DNA of 64,000 nucleotides, from the NCBI GenBank assembly GCA_049322675.1, contig JBMORM010000009.1:291517-355516 (forward strand), in the 5' to 3' direction. The stretch is from Patescibacteria group bacterium (GTDB taxonomy: Bacteria; Patescibacteriota; JAHJAL01). The notes beneath the pieces are model-generated. The model worked only from the letters and a program-made list of their open reading frames with translations, was not told where the DNA came from and did not search any database. This document shows, piece after piece, positions 1 through 10,050 of the stretch. Position numbers and translations under genes: made by a program. Positions within the stretch are counted from its first letter, which is position 1. Each line of letters starts with the position of its first letter.

Positions 1-686
1 GTAAAATTTTCGGGTTGGTATTTTTTTATTTCCTCTACTATAGATTGAGGGGAAGTCATATCGTAGCCTTTAGCCACAATCAATTGGTCGGAACCATCTT
101 TCAATTCCAGAGAAATAATAAATTTATCATCGTTTTCGTATTTTATTATTTTAATATTATCCTTCTGTTCCCTATTCTCAGCATAAAAACCTTTGACATC
201 GTTATTTTGAAATTTAACGTTTTTTTCGGTAAATTGGGTGAGATACTCGACCTCTTTTAGAAAATAGGCGTAGGAAATAATATCTTTAGGATTGAGCTGG
301 ATTTGCAGATCTGGAAAACTTTTATTGGGGAATTTGAGTTTTGATTCTTGATTAATTTTATTGACCGTTTCTTGCCCGTATCCACTTTTAACATAATAAC
401 TATTTTCGTCCAAGTCATTTTTGGAAAATGTGTGTTCATTGAATTTTTGAACCATTTCTATTGCGACTGGATTAGTGGTCCCCAATTGCAATTTGTCATG
501 CAAAATATTTTCATTGAGATCATTCCAAGCCAGGTTCATGGCTCCACCCCAAACATAATTGTCTTCATAATAGCTTCCGAGATAATTTCCGGTATTGTTT
601 TTGGTGGTGAAGACATCAGAGACAAAACATCCGGAAACAGGAATTGCCAATAGAACGATCAGGATTGAGAAAATTAATTTTTTCAT
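1..686 (-). CDS. Hypothetical lipoprotein, partial. The 3' end runs off the window start, so it is absent from the ORF track.
   Basis: ATG on the minus strand at 686-684. Translation is MKKLIFSILIVLLAIPVSGCFVSD..., a signal peptide with a VSGC lipobox. Hand translation of this frame down to position 1 shows no stop. Confidence 0.45.
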   Translation of the reverse strand, partial: MKKLIFSILIVLLAIPVSGCFVSDVFTTKNNTGNYLGSYYEDNYVWGGAMNLAWNDLNENILHDKLQLGTTNPVAIEMVQKFNEHTFSKNDLDENSYYVKSGYGQETVNKINQESKLKFPNKSFPDLQIQLNPKDIISYAYFLKEVEYLTQFTEKNVKFQNNDVKGFYAENREQKDNIKIIKYENDDKFIISLELKDGSDQLIVAKGYDMTSPQSIVEEIKKYQPENF

Positions 687-725
687 CTTTTGTCATTTTT
701 GAATGAATATATTTTTTAAATACAA

Positions 726-1499
726 TTATAAATCTTCTTTCTTTATTATATTCAAGAATCTGGTGATTGAAATATAACGGTCGGCCAAGAGTTGGCCGTC
801 TTTAATTAGATTAAAAACGGAATATATTCCTGGGGCGGATTGAGCTTTTTTGGCCGAGTCGATTTCGGTAATGTTCAGCTTAATCTTTTTTTGTTGCAGG
901 ATCGGCTTGACTTCTTCGACGAAACGAACCACCCAAGGGCATTGTTTGGAGTAAATAATATGCCAGCCCGAATATTGTTTTAGTCTATCTTGATTGATTA
1001 GTAATTTTGGTGGATTATTTTTGGCCGCAAATTTTTTGGCTAATAGCTGGAAGTTATTAAATTCTTCAACAATTTCAAAGCCATTTTTGACAAATAATTC
1101 TTTTTTGGCCATGAAAGGACCGTCGCTGGTGATTGTGGCGACGCCGGATTTTTTTAACTTTTTTGCATCTTGGAGAGCTGCTGCAACCAGAGTTGTTCCC
1201 AAACCGTGCCGGCGATTTTTATTGGGACTGACCCAGAGACAATGGATGAATAAATAATTTGTAGCTTTTACCGCACGCCAGGCTTCTTCACCCGGCAGAT
1301 ATTCGACGAAGCCAATTATTTTTTTGGTTTGTTTTAATCTTAATAATTTTATAACCAAACCTTTTTTGAATTGTTTTTTGAGCCAAGCGATTTTGAGATT
1401 GAAATATTCATTTTTGGGATTGATAAAACAAATTGTTTGCGGATAATCACCGAGATTGTCGGCGGTGACGGTGATCGTTTCGTATAAATTGTCTGTCAT
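726..1499 (-). CDS. GNAT N-acetyltransferase with a C-terminal thioredoxin-like (YoaP-like) domain
   Basis: The GNAT core block is HCLWVSP..RRHGLGTTLVAAAL. The C-terminal domain has a CPW motif (YSKQCPWVVRFVEE) typical of thioredoxin-fold or YoaP-like tails. Confidence 0.55.
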   Translation of the reverse strand: MTDNLYETITVTADNLGDYPQTICFINPKNEYFNLKIAWLKKQFKKGLVIKLLRLKQTKKIIGFVEYLPGEEAWRAVKATNYLFIHCLWVSPNKNRRHGLGTTLVAAALQDAKKLKKSGVATITSDGPFMAKKELFVKNGFEIVEEFNNFQLLAKKFAAKNNPPKLLINQDRLKQYSGWHIIYSKQCPWVVRFVEEVKPILQQKKIKLNITEIDSAKKAQSAPGIYSVFNLIKDGQLLADRYISITRFLNIIKKEDL

Positions 1500-1500
1500 T

Positions 1501-2220
1501 TTATTTCTCCTTGGCCATGGCTTTAGTTTTTAATTTCGGAGGCATTTTTTCAATCGCGTAGCGGAGAGCGGTGCGAGGCATGTTGTTTTTGTTTTTTATA
1601 ACATAATCAAAGACTTCTTTTTGGTGAGCCTGGCTGGCAACCTTGAGCATCCAGCCGTAACCTTTTTGGACCATGTCTTCGGAATCAGTAAGCAGCGAAT
1701 CGGCGATTTGGAAAACTTCTGGTAAAAAAAGGCCGCGTTTGGCGGGGACGATTAGTGAGACAGCGGCGGCGCGGCGCAGCCAGCGATTTTTGGATTTGGT
1801 CCAGGTAAATAATTGCGGTAGATATTTTGGATAAATTTCAATGAATGATCCGACAGTATGGTTGCAAAAAGTATCGCAAGAAGCCCAGTTGTTGATATAT
1901 TTTTTGATCCAATCTTCAAATGTTTTAAAATCTTGGGGTTCATATTTTTGGCGAAGGGCATACGACCAATTGCAAGCGATAAACGTCTCTTCCAGGTAGC
2001 CGGATTGCCATAATTGCTCGCAGAGAGAGAATATTTTCGATTTGGCTTGATCTTTTATTTCTTTAAAAAATTTTTTGCCGAGTTGGCTGACGAGAGCGGT
2101 TTTGACACCGTATAATTTTATCTCTTCTTTAAAAAATCTTTGCCCGCTGGTTTTGGTTTTTTCGTCAGCATTTTGTTTCAATTCCTGGCGGATTTGAGAA
2201 ATGATATTTTTGGTGTTCAT
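1501..2220 (-). CDS. DNA alkylation repair enzyme (AlkD/AlkC-like HEAT-repeat glycosylase family)
   Basis: The W/Y-rich HEAT-like repeat pattern (..CNWSYALRQ..WIKKYINNWASCDTF..RWLRRAAAVSLI) resembles the DNA alkylation repair family. Confidence 0.5.
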   Translation of the reverse strand: MNTKNIISQIRQELKQNADEKTKTSGQRFFKEEIKLYGVKTALVSQLGKKFFKEIKDQAKSKIFSLCEQLWQSGYLEETFIACNWSYALRQKYEPQDFKTFEDWIKKYINNWASCDTFCNHTVGSFIEIYPKYLPQLFTWTKSKNRWLRRAAAVSLIVPAKRGLFLPEVFQIADSLLTDSEDMVQKGYGWMLKVASQAHQKEVFDYVIKNKNNMPRTALRYAIEKMPPKLKTKAMAKEK

Positions 2221-2708
2221 TGAGGAGATTTTAATTGGTTAAATTTTTGCAATATTTCACTCCCCCACTTTGAGGCCCGCTCGATTTCGCCTTCGATGAT
2301 CGGACCTTCTTTTCCTTTGACCAAAAAATCAACCGGATCTGTTAGTGCCACACCACCTTTTAGTTTCAATCCTTTTTGAATGTGTTTGGCGGCATAACCA
2401 AAAAGCCACATGATAAATTTGATAAACAGACTTTCTCCGATGGCGGAAGAACCGGTACCAAAGGCTGCGATAGCAATGTTTTTTAGGCTATCCGAAGGAA
2501 GGTTTTTGATGAATAATTGGATAGGGACGGTTGGACGGCCGGCGTGGGTGGGCGAGCCGACAATCAATAAATTACAGTTTAGTGGTTTGGAAGAATCAAA
2601 TTGTTTGACCGACAAAATAGTCGTCTCGCCGCCAATACTTTGTCCGATCGCTTCGGCAATTTTTTTGGTATTACCATAGAGAGAGTCGTAGATGATTAGG
2701 GTTTTCAT
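2217..2708 (-). CDS. Flavodoxin-like protein
   Basis: The N-terminus MKTLIIYDSLYGNTKKIAEAI is a flavodoxin FMN-binding loop. The protein is 163 aa. Confidence 0.6.
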   Translation of the reverse strand: MKTLIIYDSLYGNTKKIAEAIGQSIGGETTILSVKQFDSSKPLNCNLLIVGSPTHAGRPTVPIQLFIKNLPSDSLKNIAIAAFGTGSSAIGESLFIKFIMWLFGYAAKHIQKGLKLKGGVALTDPVDFLVKGKEGPIIEGEIERASKWGSEILQKFNQLKSPQ

Positions 2709-2743
2709 TTTTACAATATGAAGAATAATAATTAAACTACGGT

Positions 2744-3580
2744 TTAAAAATTTATAAATAATCGGAGAAATGTAACTAAAAATAAAGCAAATATTAGGCT
2801 AAGAAAATTCATAATTAACACCATGGAAATCAATCGGCTAAAAGAGGTGGTTTTTTTGTTGAGAAAATAAATGAAATAGTATTCAAATGCTAGAGTAAAA
2901 ACTGCAGAAAATAAGATATATAAAAACCAATTTTTAATAAACGATATTACAAAAAAGACAACGAGCAAGGAAAGTAAATTGGCCATGAAAACCGCGAGCA
3001 AGATTTTTTTGGGAAATTTAGCGATTAGAATATACAAGAATGCAATAAATAGTTCTACAAGTAATATCGGTATGATCATAATCAGAAATGATCTAACTTT
3101 GTCGCTGGATATAATGGGAGTGGTCTCAAAAATACTGGCTGAGCCATCTGAGCTTAATTCAACCGAATAGTTACTTTTGAAATTATTTCTAGAAATCTGA
3201 TCAGTAATGAACACTTTTTTCACACTCGGCACATATATTGCCAGCTTAAAAGTCGAGGGCAACATATAGTTGAAGTGACAAGACGAGTTTTGGCAATTTC
3301 CGCCCCAAGCTAGGCCTTCCAGTTTCCAATAACAAAGATTTTTTGCATCATATTCATTTATATTTAGTTGTGGTATCAAATCCGAAATGGGAAAGGGACC
3401 TCTGTCCTCGGTTTGGCAGGTGAGCATTTTTGCATAAAAAGAATTGTCGGAAATTGTTTGATTGTTCAGGGTAACATAGATATCCGTGGAGGGTTTTGGA
3501 CCCATGTCGGCTGACGCAACCGAAGGGATAAATATCGAGAATACTAAAAATGCAATAACCGAAACGAGTTTACGATACAT
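2744..3580 (-). CDS. Hypothetical membrane protein with an N-terminal signal peptide and C-terminal TM helices
   Basis: The signal peptide is MYRKLVSVIAFLVFSIFIPSVASA. The C-terminal half is hydrophobic. Confidence 0.4.
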   Translation of the reverse strand: MYRKLVSVIAFLVFSIFIPSVASADMGPKPSTDIYVTLNNQTISDNSFYAKMLTCQTEDRGPFPISDLIPQLNINEYDAKNLCYWKLEGLAWGGNCQNSSCHFNYMLPSTFKLAIYVPSVKKVFITDQISRNNFKSNYSVELSSDGSASIFETTPIISSDKVRSFLIMIIPILLVELFIAFLYILIAKFPKKILLAVFMANLLSLLVVFFVISFIKNWFLYILFSAVFTLAFEYYFIYFLNKKTTSFSRLISMVLIMNFLSLIFALFLVTFLRLFINF

Positions 3581-3965
3581 ATTTTTTTAATGAAAATAAT
3601 AATTTTAAGATCAAACCGCTTTCAAAACATTTGATAAGAAAACCATCACAGAAACGATCATTGCGAATAATAAAAGTAAAAATTTTGTAAATGGTGTCGA
3701 TGTCAACCGTGGCGAAGTCAAAGTCCTGATCGGCCAACATTTTGCGTCCTTCTTCCCAATTGCGCCAATCAAAAGGGACGATGATTTCCGATTTTTGTGC
3801 CGCTAGGCGAAATTTTTGCACTATCGGAGCTTCTTCGTAATATGGCGCCGGAAATGACCCGTCCGGATTGGATTGTTTGATAATAATATTTCCAAATGTG
3901 GTCTTGGCCTGGATTTCCGGAATAAGATCAATTAATGCGACTACTAAAGGTGACTGTTTAGACAT
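3570..3965 (-). CDS. Hypothetical protein. The start is reassigned to an internal Met because the track ORF 3570..4037 runs through the upstream gene's terminator.
   Basis: A rho-independent terminator lies at 3991-4024 inside the 5' end of the predicted ORF. The internal start is MSKQSPLVV... Confidence 0.35.
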   Translation of the reverse strand: MSKQSPLVVALIDLIPEIQAKTTFGNIIIKQSNPDGSFPAPYYEEAPIVQKFRLAAQKSEIIVPFDWRNWEEGRKMLADQDFDFATVDIDTIYKIFTFIIRNDRFCDGFLIKCFESGLILKLLFSLKKYVS

Positions 3966-3990
3966 TAGGAAAATTAATAAACCGTTTTTA

Positions 3991-4024
3991 TTGTAATAAA
4001 AAAGAGGTGCCGGTGAAAGCACCC
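3991..4024 (-). terminator. Rho-independent terminator downstream of the AraC-family gene
   Basis: The minus-strand hairpin GGTGCtttcaccgGCACC is followed by a T-run (ctcttttttatt). Confidence 0.5.
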
Positions 4025-4037
4025 CTTTTATGCTCAA

Positions 4038-4967
4038 TTATATTTTCTTGACCGGGATACAGATATCGACGATCATGTCGCCATTTTTTTGTTTGCAGTC
4101 GGATGGGTACATCTCAAACGGCGGTTTGTTGTCTGGTTGGTAACCGCTATCTGGCAACCAATTGTTGTATAGTTCATTCCAGTATTGTTCGTATTCTTTG
4201 GGATCTTTGATGATACAACGGGCGATGGCGTACTCGCCGCCGGCAATTTCTTGCTTACCGATTTCGCCATCGACCGGCGTTTCTTTTGGCACATTTACAC
4301 ATATATCCATGCGCAATTTGGATTCGTCGGTAACTTCCGGACCATCGTAATAGATACAAATAAATTTTGACTCCTGATCGATTAGATTCCGTGGCCCGGC
4401 CCAGCTGCAAAGCTGGTTAAATAATTTTTCAAAAAGAGCCGGGTTGCCTTTGTAGGGACCGATATGACGAAGGTAAGCCAAGGTCATATCGGGCAGGGTT
4501 TTGATTTCGACTTTCATGTTTGGTTGGTTAGTTGATGTAAAAGAAATAGATGGCCGTCTATTGTTTTCATCATAATGAAAATTGATCAGATAATCTTTTC
4601 GGTTATTGCGATTTTTGTAGCGAATCTTGCTAGCCTGATATAGTTTGGGCGTGGTGTGAAAAAAGGTGCGAAATTCGCGAGCAAAGGTTTGCGAGCTGGA
4701 AAATCCGTTGGCAAGAGCTATTTCTGTCATCGAGTAATTGGGATTGGTATAGAGCATATTGGCCGCTTTTTCGATCCGGACGCGCCGGACAAATTGGTTG
4801 AGATTTTCGCCCATGAATGACTTGAAAAGGCGGTGAAAATGGTAGGGGGAAATGGCGGCGGTTTTGGAGATTTTTTCCAAGGAAAGCGGCTCGGCGATAT
4901 TTTTTTCGATATAGTCGATGGCGATGTTGATACGGGAGATGTAGTAGGTTTTTTGGTTGTGGGGCAT
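4038..4967 (-). CDS. AraC-family transcriptional regulator with a GyrI-like effector-binding domain
   Basis: The N-terminal AraC HTH region is (..HFHRLFKSFMGENLNQFVRRVRIEKAANML..GFSSSQTFAREFR..). The ~150-aa C-terminal domain is typical of GyrI-like small-molecule binding domains. Confidence 0.65.
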   Translation of the reverse strand: MPHNQKTYYISRINIAIDYIEKNIAEPLSLEKISKTAAISPYHFHRLFKSFMGENLNQFVRRVRIEKAANMLYTNPNYSMTEIALANGFSSSQTFAREFRTFFHTTPKLYQASKIRYKNRNNRKDYLINFHYDENNRRPSISFTSTNQPNMKVEIKTLPDMTLAYLRHIGPYKGNPALFEKLFNQLCSWAGPRNLIDQESKFICIYYDGPEVTDESKLRMDICVNVPKETPVDGEIGKQEIAGGEYAIARCIIKDPKEYEQYWNELYNNWLPDSGYQPDNKPPFEMYPSDCKQKNGDMIVDICIPVKKI

Positions 4968-4972
4968 GAAAA

Positions 4973-6463
4973 TTAAATAGTTTTACTAATATAATGATCA
5001 ACCGGAGCGTAATCATCGGTTAGGATCGACATGTCGGACGCGATCGGATTTTGCCACAAATGTTTTAATAGTTGATCTATTTCGGAATTGCTACTTGAAA
5101 AATCCGGTTTATCATTGGATTTCAATGCGACCAAGATAATATTTTGGACTTTTTCTCCATTGGTCGGTTCTTTTACCGGGAACAAATAAACTTGGGGAAA
5201 TATATTTTTGTAGGTGAGATACTCGGCTCGCAGAAATTGTCCTCTATCTCCATTTACGGCGGAAATAATATTCAAGATAACTACGCCGTTTTCATTTAAG
5301 ATGTCGTATTTTCTTTGAATTGCTTCTTGAGTCGTTAGCTGGTAAGGCAAGGAATAATGCGAGCTAAAGGCGTCGCCGAAAATAATATCATATTTTTTGT
5401 TTGTTTGGTTGAGATATACTCGCCCGTCTTCATGAAAAATCGTTAACCTCGGATTTTCTTTGAGTTTAAAATACTTTTGAGCCAACTGGGTAATTTTGGG
5501 ATCAATTTCTACAACGTCAATCTTGGCGTCAGGATAATGAAGTAAATAATCTTTGGGAAATGAATAACCAGCGCCGCCCAACATTAAAGCGGAATTGAAA
5601 TTGGGATGAAAGTGAGATGCCAAATGATAGTATTTTGTATATTCATAAACCAGATCATCTTTATTTAAAAACATGGCTGAGCTATTTTCGTTGTTTATAG
5701 AAAAAGTACGGATTGGTTGTTGATTTTTTTCATCAACCAGATCAAAAATCCAAATACGATTGTAGGCAGTGTCGACGTCGATAAAGCCATTTTTTTCCAT
5801 CCTTTGGCTTATTTTTTCAATCGCAAACCAACTAATAATTAGAATCAAAAATACAGATATTTTTAGACTTGGATGTTTTTTGGCAGACAGTAAGACGGAT
5901 ATCAGGACAAGAGTTATAGATATAATTATCAGCATTTTATCCGTGCCAAAATTGGGGATCAGATAAAATCCGGATAAAAATGTGCCGAATATGCTGCCGG
6001 CAGTAGAGATGGCATAAAGATTACCGATCGTTGAGCCGGAAGTTTGAAGATCGGACAACTTTAGTTTTGCCGCATAGGGCGAAACCATACCCAAAAGAAG
6101 ACTGGCTGGGGAGAACAAAATTAAAGATGCAACAATTGATGTTATTTTTATATTGGAAAAATATGTTTGAAGAAAGATTAGTAAATAATTTTTACCAACC
6201 ATGGTGAGAGCGATAAAAATGGCCGACAAAAAAATAATAAACGACAAAGTGTTTGTGTCGGTTTTTTTGTCGGCGAATTTACCGCCAAGATAATAACCCA
6301 AACTAAGACTGCCTAAGATAATTCCAATCAGACTGGTCCAAACGAAGATTGATGTGCCAAGATGTGGACCGAGGATTCGAGATCCGACCAATTCGAACAC
6401 CATGACGATAGCGCCGCAAATAAATATCGCAATTTCCAAGATGTATTTACCAGTTTTCATCAA
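4973..6463 (-). CDS. Membrane-anchored spermidine/spermine synthase-family aminopropyltransferase
   Basis: About 7 N-terminal TM helices are followed by the spermidine-synthase core (LMLGGAGYSFP..IDVVEIDPKI..FGDAFSSHYSLPYQLTTQE). Confidence 0.6.
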   Translation of the reverse strand: MMKTGKYILEIAIFICGAIVMVFELVGSRILGPHLGTSIFVWTSLIGIILGSLSLGYYLGGKFADKKTDTNTLSFIIFLSAIFIALTMVGKNYLLIFLQTYFSNIKITSIVASLILFSPASLLLGMVSPYAAKLKLSDLQTSGSTIGNLYAISTAGSIFGTFLSGFYLIPNFGTDKMLIIISITLVLISVLLSAKKHPSLKISVFLILIISWFAIEKISQRMEKNGFIDVDTAYNRIWIFDLVDEKNQQPIRTFSINNENSSAMFLNKDDLVYEYTKYYHLASHFHPNFNSALMLGGAGYSFPKDYLLHYPDAKIDVVEIDPKITQLAQKYFKLKENPRLTIFHEDGRVYLNQTNKKYDIIFGDAFSSHYSLPYQLTTQEAIQRKYDILNENGVVILNIISAVNGDRGQFLRAEYLTYKNIFPQVYLFPVKEPTNGEKVQNIILVALKSNDKPDFSSSNSEIDQLLKHLWQNPIASDMSILTDDYAPVDHYISKTI

Positions 6464-6486
6464 CGACTTTTTTAGCCATAAAAATA

Positions 6487-7278
6487 CTATCTGCCGGCGA
6501 ATATGACAGATTCGGAGATTTGATCAAAATCGCTGTACCATTTTTGAATTTCCGGGGAGGCGGTGCCGGCAACCAGCTGGTTGTAAAATTTTTCCTGTTG
6601 GTCAAAATTCCAGATTTTCTCGGTACTGCAATTGGTAGAATCGGTAGTAAAATAATCGGACATGGTTGTTTTTAGTTTATCAATCGGAGCGTAAAGCGTA
6701 ATGACAATTTGTTGGTTGTTGTGGTAGAAAAGAAGTTTTCTCTCCAAAGTCACATTACACACATCAAACCGTGATAAAACTAAAAAATCTTGAGCAAATA
6801 AAAATCCGACGGGACGGACTTTTTTGGAAGGAGTTAGGGGCCAGTCGATATCAAATCCATAACTGCCACTTGCCAAGGCTTCGATATTTTTCATTTCATC
6901 GGCCGCATCAAGATCGCTGGGGCTTTGGGTTTTTCCAATTTCTTTGGTTTCGATTTTCAATGATTTTTGATCGAGAGACGGGGTTGTATTTTGATCAATC
7001 AATGCTACTTGCGTGGGATATTCGAGAGAAATTCCCAAATCGGCATTTTCATATTTTTGTTTGGATTGATTGTCGTTGTTAGTTGCGTTTTGTTTTGATT
7101 CCTCGTTTTTTACAACTGTATTGTTTCCGGTTGCCACCTCTTGATTATTTTCTTCTTTTTGGCTGTTATTGGTTGTTTTTTTGATTGGATTGTCCGTGGT
7201 TTTGGACGCGGGGTTAGTACAACCAATGAGAGATAACAAAAGGAGAGAAAAGAGAAAAAATGGGATGGTTTTTTTCAT
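6487..7278 (-). CDS. Hypothetical secreted lipoprotein
   Basis: The signal peptide has a lipobox (LLLLSLIGC). A low-complexity N/Q/T-rich linker follows. Confidence 0.45.
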   Translation of the reverse strand: MKKTIPFFLFSLLLLSLIGCTNPASKTTDNPIKKTTNNSQKEENNQEVATGNNTVVKNEESKQNATNNDNQSKQKYENADLGISLEYPTQVALIDQNTTPSLDQKSLKIETKEIGKTQSPSDLDAADEMKNIEALASGSYGFDIDWPLTPSKKVRPVGFLFAQDFLVLSRFDVCNVTLERKLLFYHNNQQIVITLYAPIDKLKTTMSDYFTTDSTNCSTEKIWNFDQQEKFYNQLVAGTASPEIQKWYSDFDQISESVIFAGR

Positions 7279-7351
7279 AGTAAAAATAGTTAGAAAAAAA
7301 TAAATAAGTTGCTTTTATCATAAAGAATACGTCGAAGATTCACAATTTGCT

Positions 7352-8425
7352 CTATAACAATTTTTGTTCCTGTTGGAATCTTTCGATAGCCAATTGGATC
7401 AAATTGTCGATCAGTTCCGGATAGGATATGCCGCTGGCCGCCCACAATTTTGGATACATGCTAATCTTGGTAAATCCCGGAATGGTGTTGATTTCGTTGA
7501 CGAGGATATCTCCGTTGTCTTTCAGAAAAAAATCAACGCGACCCAGTCCTGAGCACGAGAGGGTTTGAAAAGTTTGTATCGCCAGATCTTGAATCTGTTT
7601 GGTGGTTTTGGCGGAAAGTTTGGCGGGGATTTCCAGTTTGGCCCCATTTTCATCGAGATATTTGGCGTCGTACGAGTAAAATTCGTGGGTGGGGACTATT
7701 TCGCCGGGGACTGAAGCGAGAGGATGAGAATTACCCAACACTCCACATTCGATTTCTCTACCAGCGATAAATTCTTCGATGATAATTTTAACGTCATAAG
7801 AAAAAGCAGTTTTGACGGCGGCGATGTATTCGGTTTGACTATTTACTTTATTTACTCCGACCGAAGACCCCATGTTGGCCGGTTTGATAAAAAATGGGGT
7901 GCCGAGCTTGGCTACGATTTCGGTAAAATCAGGGATGGCGTCATCGGATTTGAGGGCAACGAATTTACCGATCGGAATACCGGCTTCTCGCAATAAACGC
8001 TTCATCACATCTTTGTCCATACCGACCGCCGAGCCCAAAACGCCGGCGCCGACAAAAGGAATATTGGCAAGTTTTAGTAACCCTTGGATAGTTCCGTCTT
8101 CGCCAAATGGACCGTGCAAGATAGGAAAAGCTACATCCAAGGAATATTTATTTTCCGGATTGGTGAGATTTACGATGTTGCCGTTACCTTGTGAAGGAAA
8201 AACTATTTCCTCCAACTCTTTTTTCTCCGAGGTTGATGAAGGAGGTAAAAAAATCGCCTCATCGCAAGGCAGCCACTTTCCGGCTTTGTTGATGATAATC
8301 AATACCGGATGATATTTATTTTTATCCAAAGCTTCATAGACATTTTTGGCGGATTGCAAAGAAACTTCATGTTCCGCCGATCTCCCACCAAAGATGATGC
8401 CTATCTTTATCTTTTTTTGGTTCAT
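7352..8425 (-). CDS. ddl: D-alanine--D-alanine ligase
   Basis: The N-terminal block KIKIGIIFGGRSAEHEVSLQSAKNV and the ATP-grasp C-terminal half are present. The length is 357 aa. Confidence 0.85.
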   Translation of the reverse strand: MNQKKIKIGIIFGGRSAEHEVSLQSAKNVYEALDKNKYHPVLIIINKAGKWLPCDEAIFLPPSSTSEKKELEEIVFPSQGNGNIVNLTNPENKYSLDVAFPILHGPFGEDGTIQGLLKLANIPFVGAGVLGSAVGMDKDVMKRLLREAGIPIGKFVALKSDDAIPDFTEIVAKLGTPFFIKPANMGSSVGVNKVNSQTEYIAAVKTAFSYDVKIIIEEFIAGREIECGVLGNSHPLASVPGEIVPTHEFYSYDAKYLDENGAKLEIPAKLSAKTTKQIQDLAIQTFQTLSCSGLGRVDFFLKDNGDILVNEINTIPGFTKISMYPKLWAASGISYPELIDNLIQLAIERFQQEQKLL

Positions 8426-8430
8426 GATTT

Positions 8431-8997
8431 TTATTTTATAATTAAAGATTTGATCGCAGTAAATATCTGGTCATAATTGATCGCAGAAAAGTCGGTAGTG
8501 TCGATTTTTGCAATCTTTCCTTCAAGATCAAGAGGTTGATGTACGTCGCGTATTATCACATCTTTTATCTCATCATAATCTTGATGGTCGGCGTGACCAG
8601 GATGTCTTTCACCAGATTCCCAGCGGTTTTTGAAACGCTTCAATAAAGTATGCTTGTCGGCAAAACAAAATAATTGCATAGAAAGAAAATGATATTTTGC
8701 CTGCAAATTTTGAAAGATTTGATCATCAAATTTTGGGCTAAAATTGCTCTCGACGATCAAAGACTGTCCCGAAATCAAGAGTGATTCTATCATCCTATAC
8801 ATCACCTTGTAACTGGCAGCGCCGAGTTTGGTTGACCAATCACGATCTTTTATCCCCAAAGAGTCAAAAAGAGCTTCTTTGATATTGTCACGACTGATTA
8901 AAGGTAGATTAAATTTTTTGGCGATTTTTTTACCAAGGGTTGTTTTGCCCGCGCCCGGATTCCCGGAAATGATTATGAGCAGAGATCTTGTCGTCAT
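8431..8997 (-). CDS. P-loop NTPase / small-molecule or nucleotide kinase-like protein (AAA_33-type)
   Basis: A Walker A motif is at the N-terminus (ISGNPGAGKTTLGKKIA). The protein is 188 aa. Confidence 0.5.
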   Translation of the reverse strand: MTTRSLLIIISGNPGAGKTTLGKKIAKKFNLPLISRDNIKEALFDSLGIKDRDWSTKLGAASYKVMYRMIESLLISGQSLIVESNFSPKFDDQIFQNLQAKYHFLSMQLFCFADKHTLLKRFKNRWESGERHPGHADHQDYDEIKDVIIRDVHQPLDLEGKIAKIDTTDFSAINYDQIFTAIKSLIIK

Positions 8998-9072
8998 TTT
9001 AATATTTTATAAAAAATTATTTGAGTAACAGAAACGGAATGTTCTTGATTAAAATATTTTTCTGCGATATTT

Positions 9073-9351
9073 TTACTCTTTGAAATCATACTTTTTGCGG
9101 ACGGCTAGGATGAGCAGGCCGTATTTGTCGATGTCTTCTTTGGTGTAAAATTTTTCGACTGCCTTGGTGTTCAATTTGTAGAGGAGTTCGCAATCGATTT
9201 TTCGGCCGGTGAGTTCTTGGCCTTTTTGTTCGAGCAGAACGATCGTGTCGCCGGGTTCGCACTCGAAATCAGCCAGGCGGACTTCAAATCTTTTGCGGCC
9301 GTCCAAAATATCTTCAAAGTAATTGGATTGGACTTTTTTAATGATTTCCAT
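9073..9351 (-). CDS. DUF3850 / ASCH-like (PUA-fold) small protein
   Basis: The pattern ..ILDGRKRFEVRLADFECEPGDTIVLLE.. matches ASCH/DUF3850-type domains. Confidence 0.5.
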   Translation of the reverse strand: MEIIKKVQSNYFEDILDGRKRFEVRLADFECEPGDTIVLLEQKGQELTGRKIDCELLYKLNTKAVEKFYTKEDIDKYGLLILAVRKKYDFKE

Positions 9352-9371
9352 GGTTGGATTTTTTAATAATA

Positions 9372-9953
9372 TTAATACTCAATCTCAATGCCAAAAGTAT
9401 CAAGCAAAGATAATACTTCGGGGTAGGAAAAGCGGGCGTGTTTTAACTTATTTTGTTTGGGGTCGAGGTAATAATTTTTGGCACCAATAAAGTTGGCGCT
9501 TTCCAAATTGGTATTTTGAAATTTACTGGCTTTGAAATCGGAACCGGAAAAATCACATTTGGTCAGATTGGTGTTGATAAAATCATTTTCCCGTAATTCG
9601 CAATGAATAAATTGGCTATCTTTGATATTGAGGTCGCTAAAATCACAGAGGGCGACAATACATTTTTGGAAAGACCATTTGATCAGGAAAGTATGTATAT
9701 TGGCAAAGACAATACCGAGGAGTTTGCAATTGGTAAAATTTACTCCCTGAAAACGACAGCCGTCAACTTTGATGTTGGAAAGATTGCAATCCAAAAAAGA
9801 ACAGTCCATGAAAGACGAACCGGCAAACGAACATTCGCTAAAATCGCATTTTTTGAAAACACAATTGGAAAATTCTTTGTTGCGTAAATCAGTTTTGGGA
9901 CAGACGATATTGGTAAAATTTTCTTTGTCAAAAGTGGAGGCAGTAAAGTTCAT
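9372..9953 (-). CDS. Pentapeptide-repeat protein (Qnr/MfpA-like)
   Basis: Continuous A(D/N)LxF-type pentapeptide repeats (CDFSECSFAGSSFMDCSFLDCNLSNIKVDGCRFQGVNFTNCKL...) span 193 aa. Confidence 0.75.
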   Translation of the reverse strand: MNFTASTFDKENFTNIVCPKTDLRNKEFSNCVFKKCDFSECSFAGSSFMDCSFLDCNLSNIKVDGCRFQGVNFTNCKLLGIVFANIHTFLIKWSFQKCIVALCDFSDLNIKDSQFIHCELRENDFINTNLTKCDFSGSDFKASKFQNTNLESANFIGAKNYYLDPKQNKLKHARFSYPEVLSLLDTFGIEIEY

Positions 9954-10050
9954 GGAAATGCAATTGAAAAAAATAGGCTCAGAATTTATTATAGCCTATT
10001 TTGACCAGGTTGAGACGTTTTATTACCTTGAGGCGAGCAAGGGTTATGAC

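Noticed and set aside
994-1257. Several + strand ORFs of 60 to 150 aa nested inside long minus-strand genes (e.g. 994..1257, 7872..8312, 25852..26298, 20138..20593)
   Set aside because: They are antisense to genes with clear family signatures, have no independent motifs, and show composition typical of shadow ORFs.
3966-4037. First 24 codons of the track ORF 3570..4037
   Set aside because: They run through a clear rho-independent terminator hairpin of the upstream AraC-family gene. The start was moved to the internal Met.
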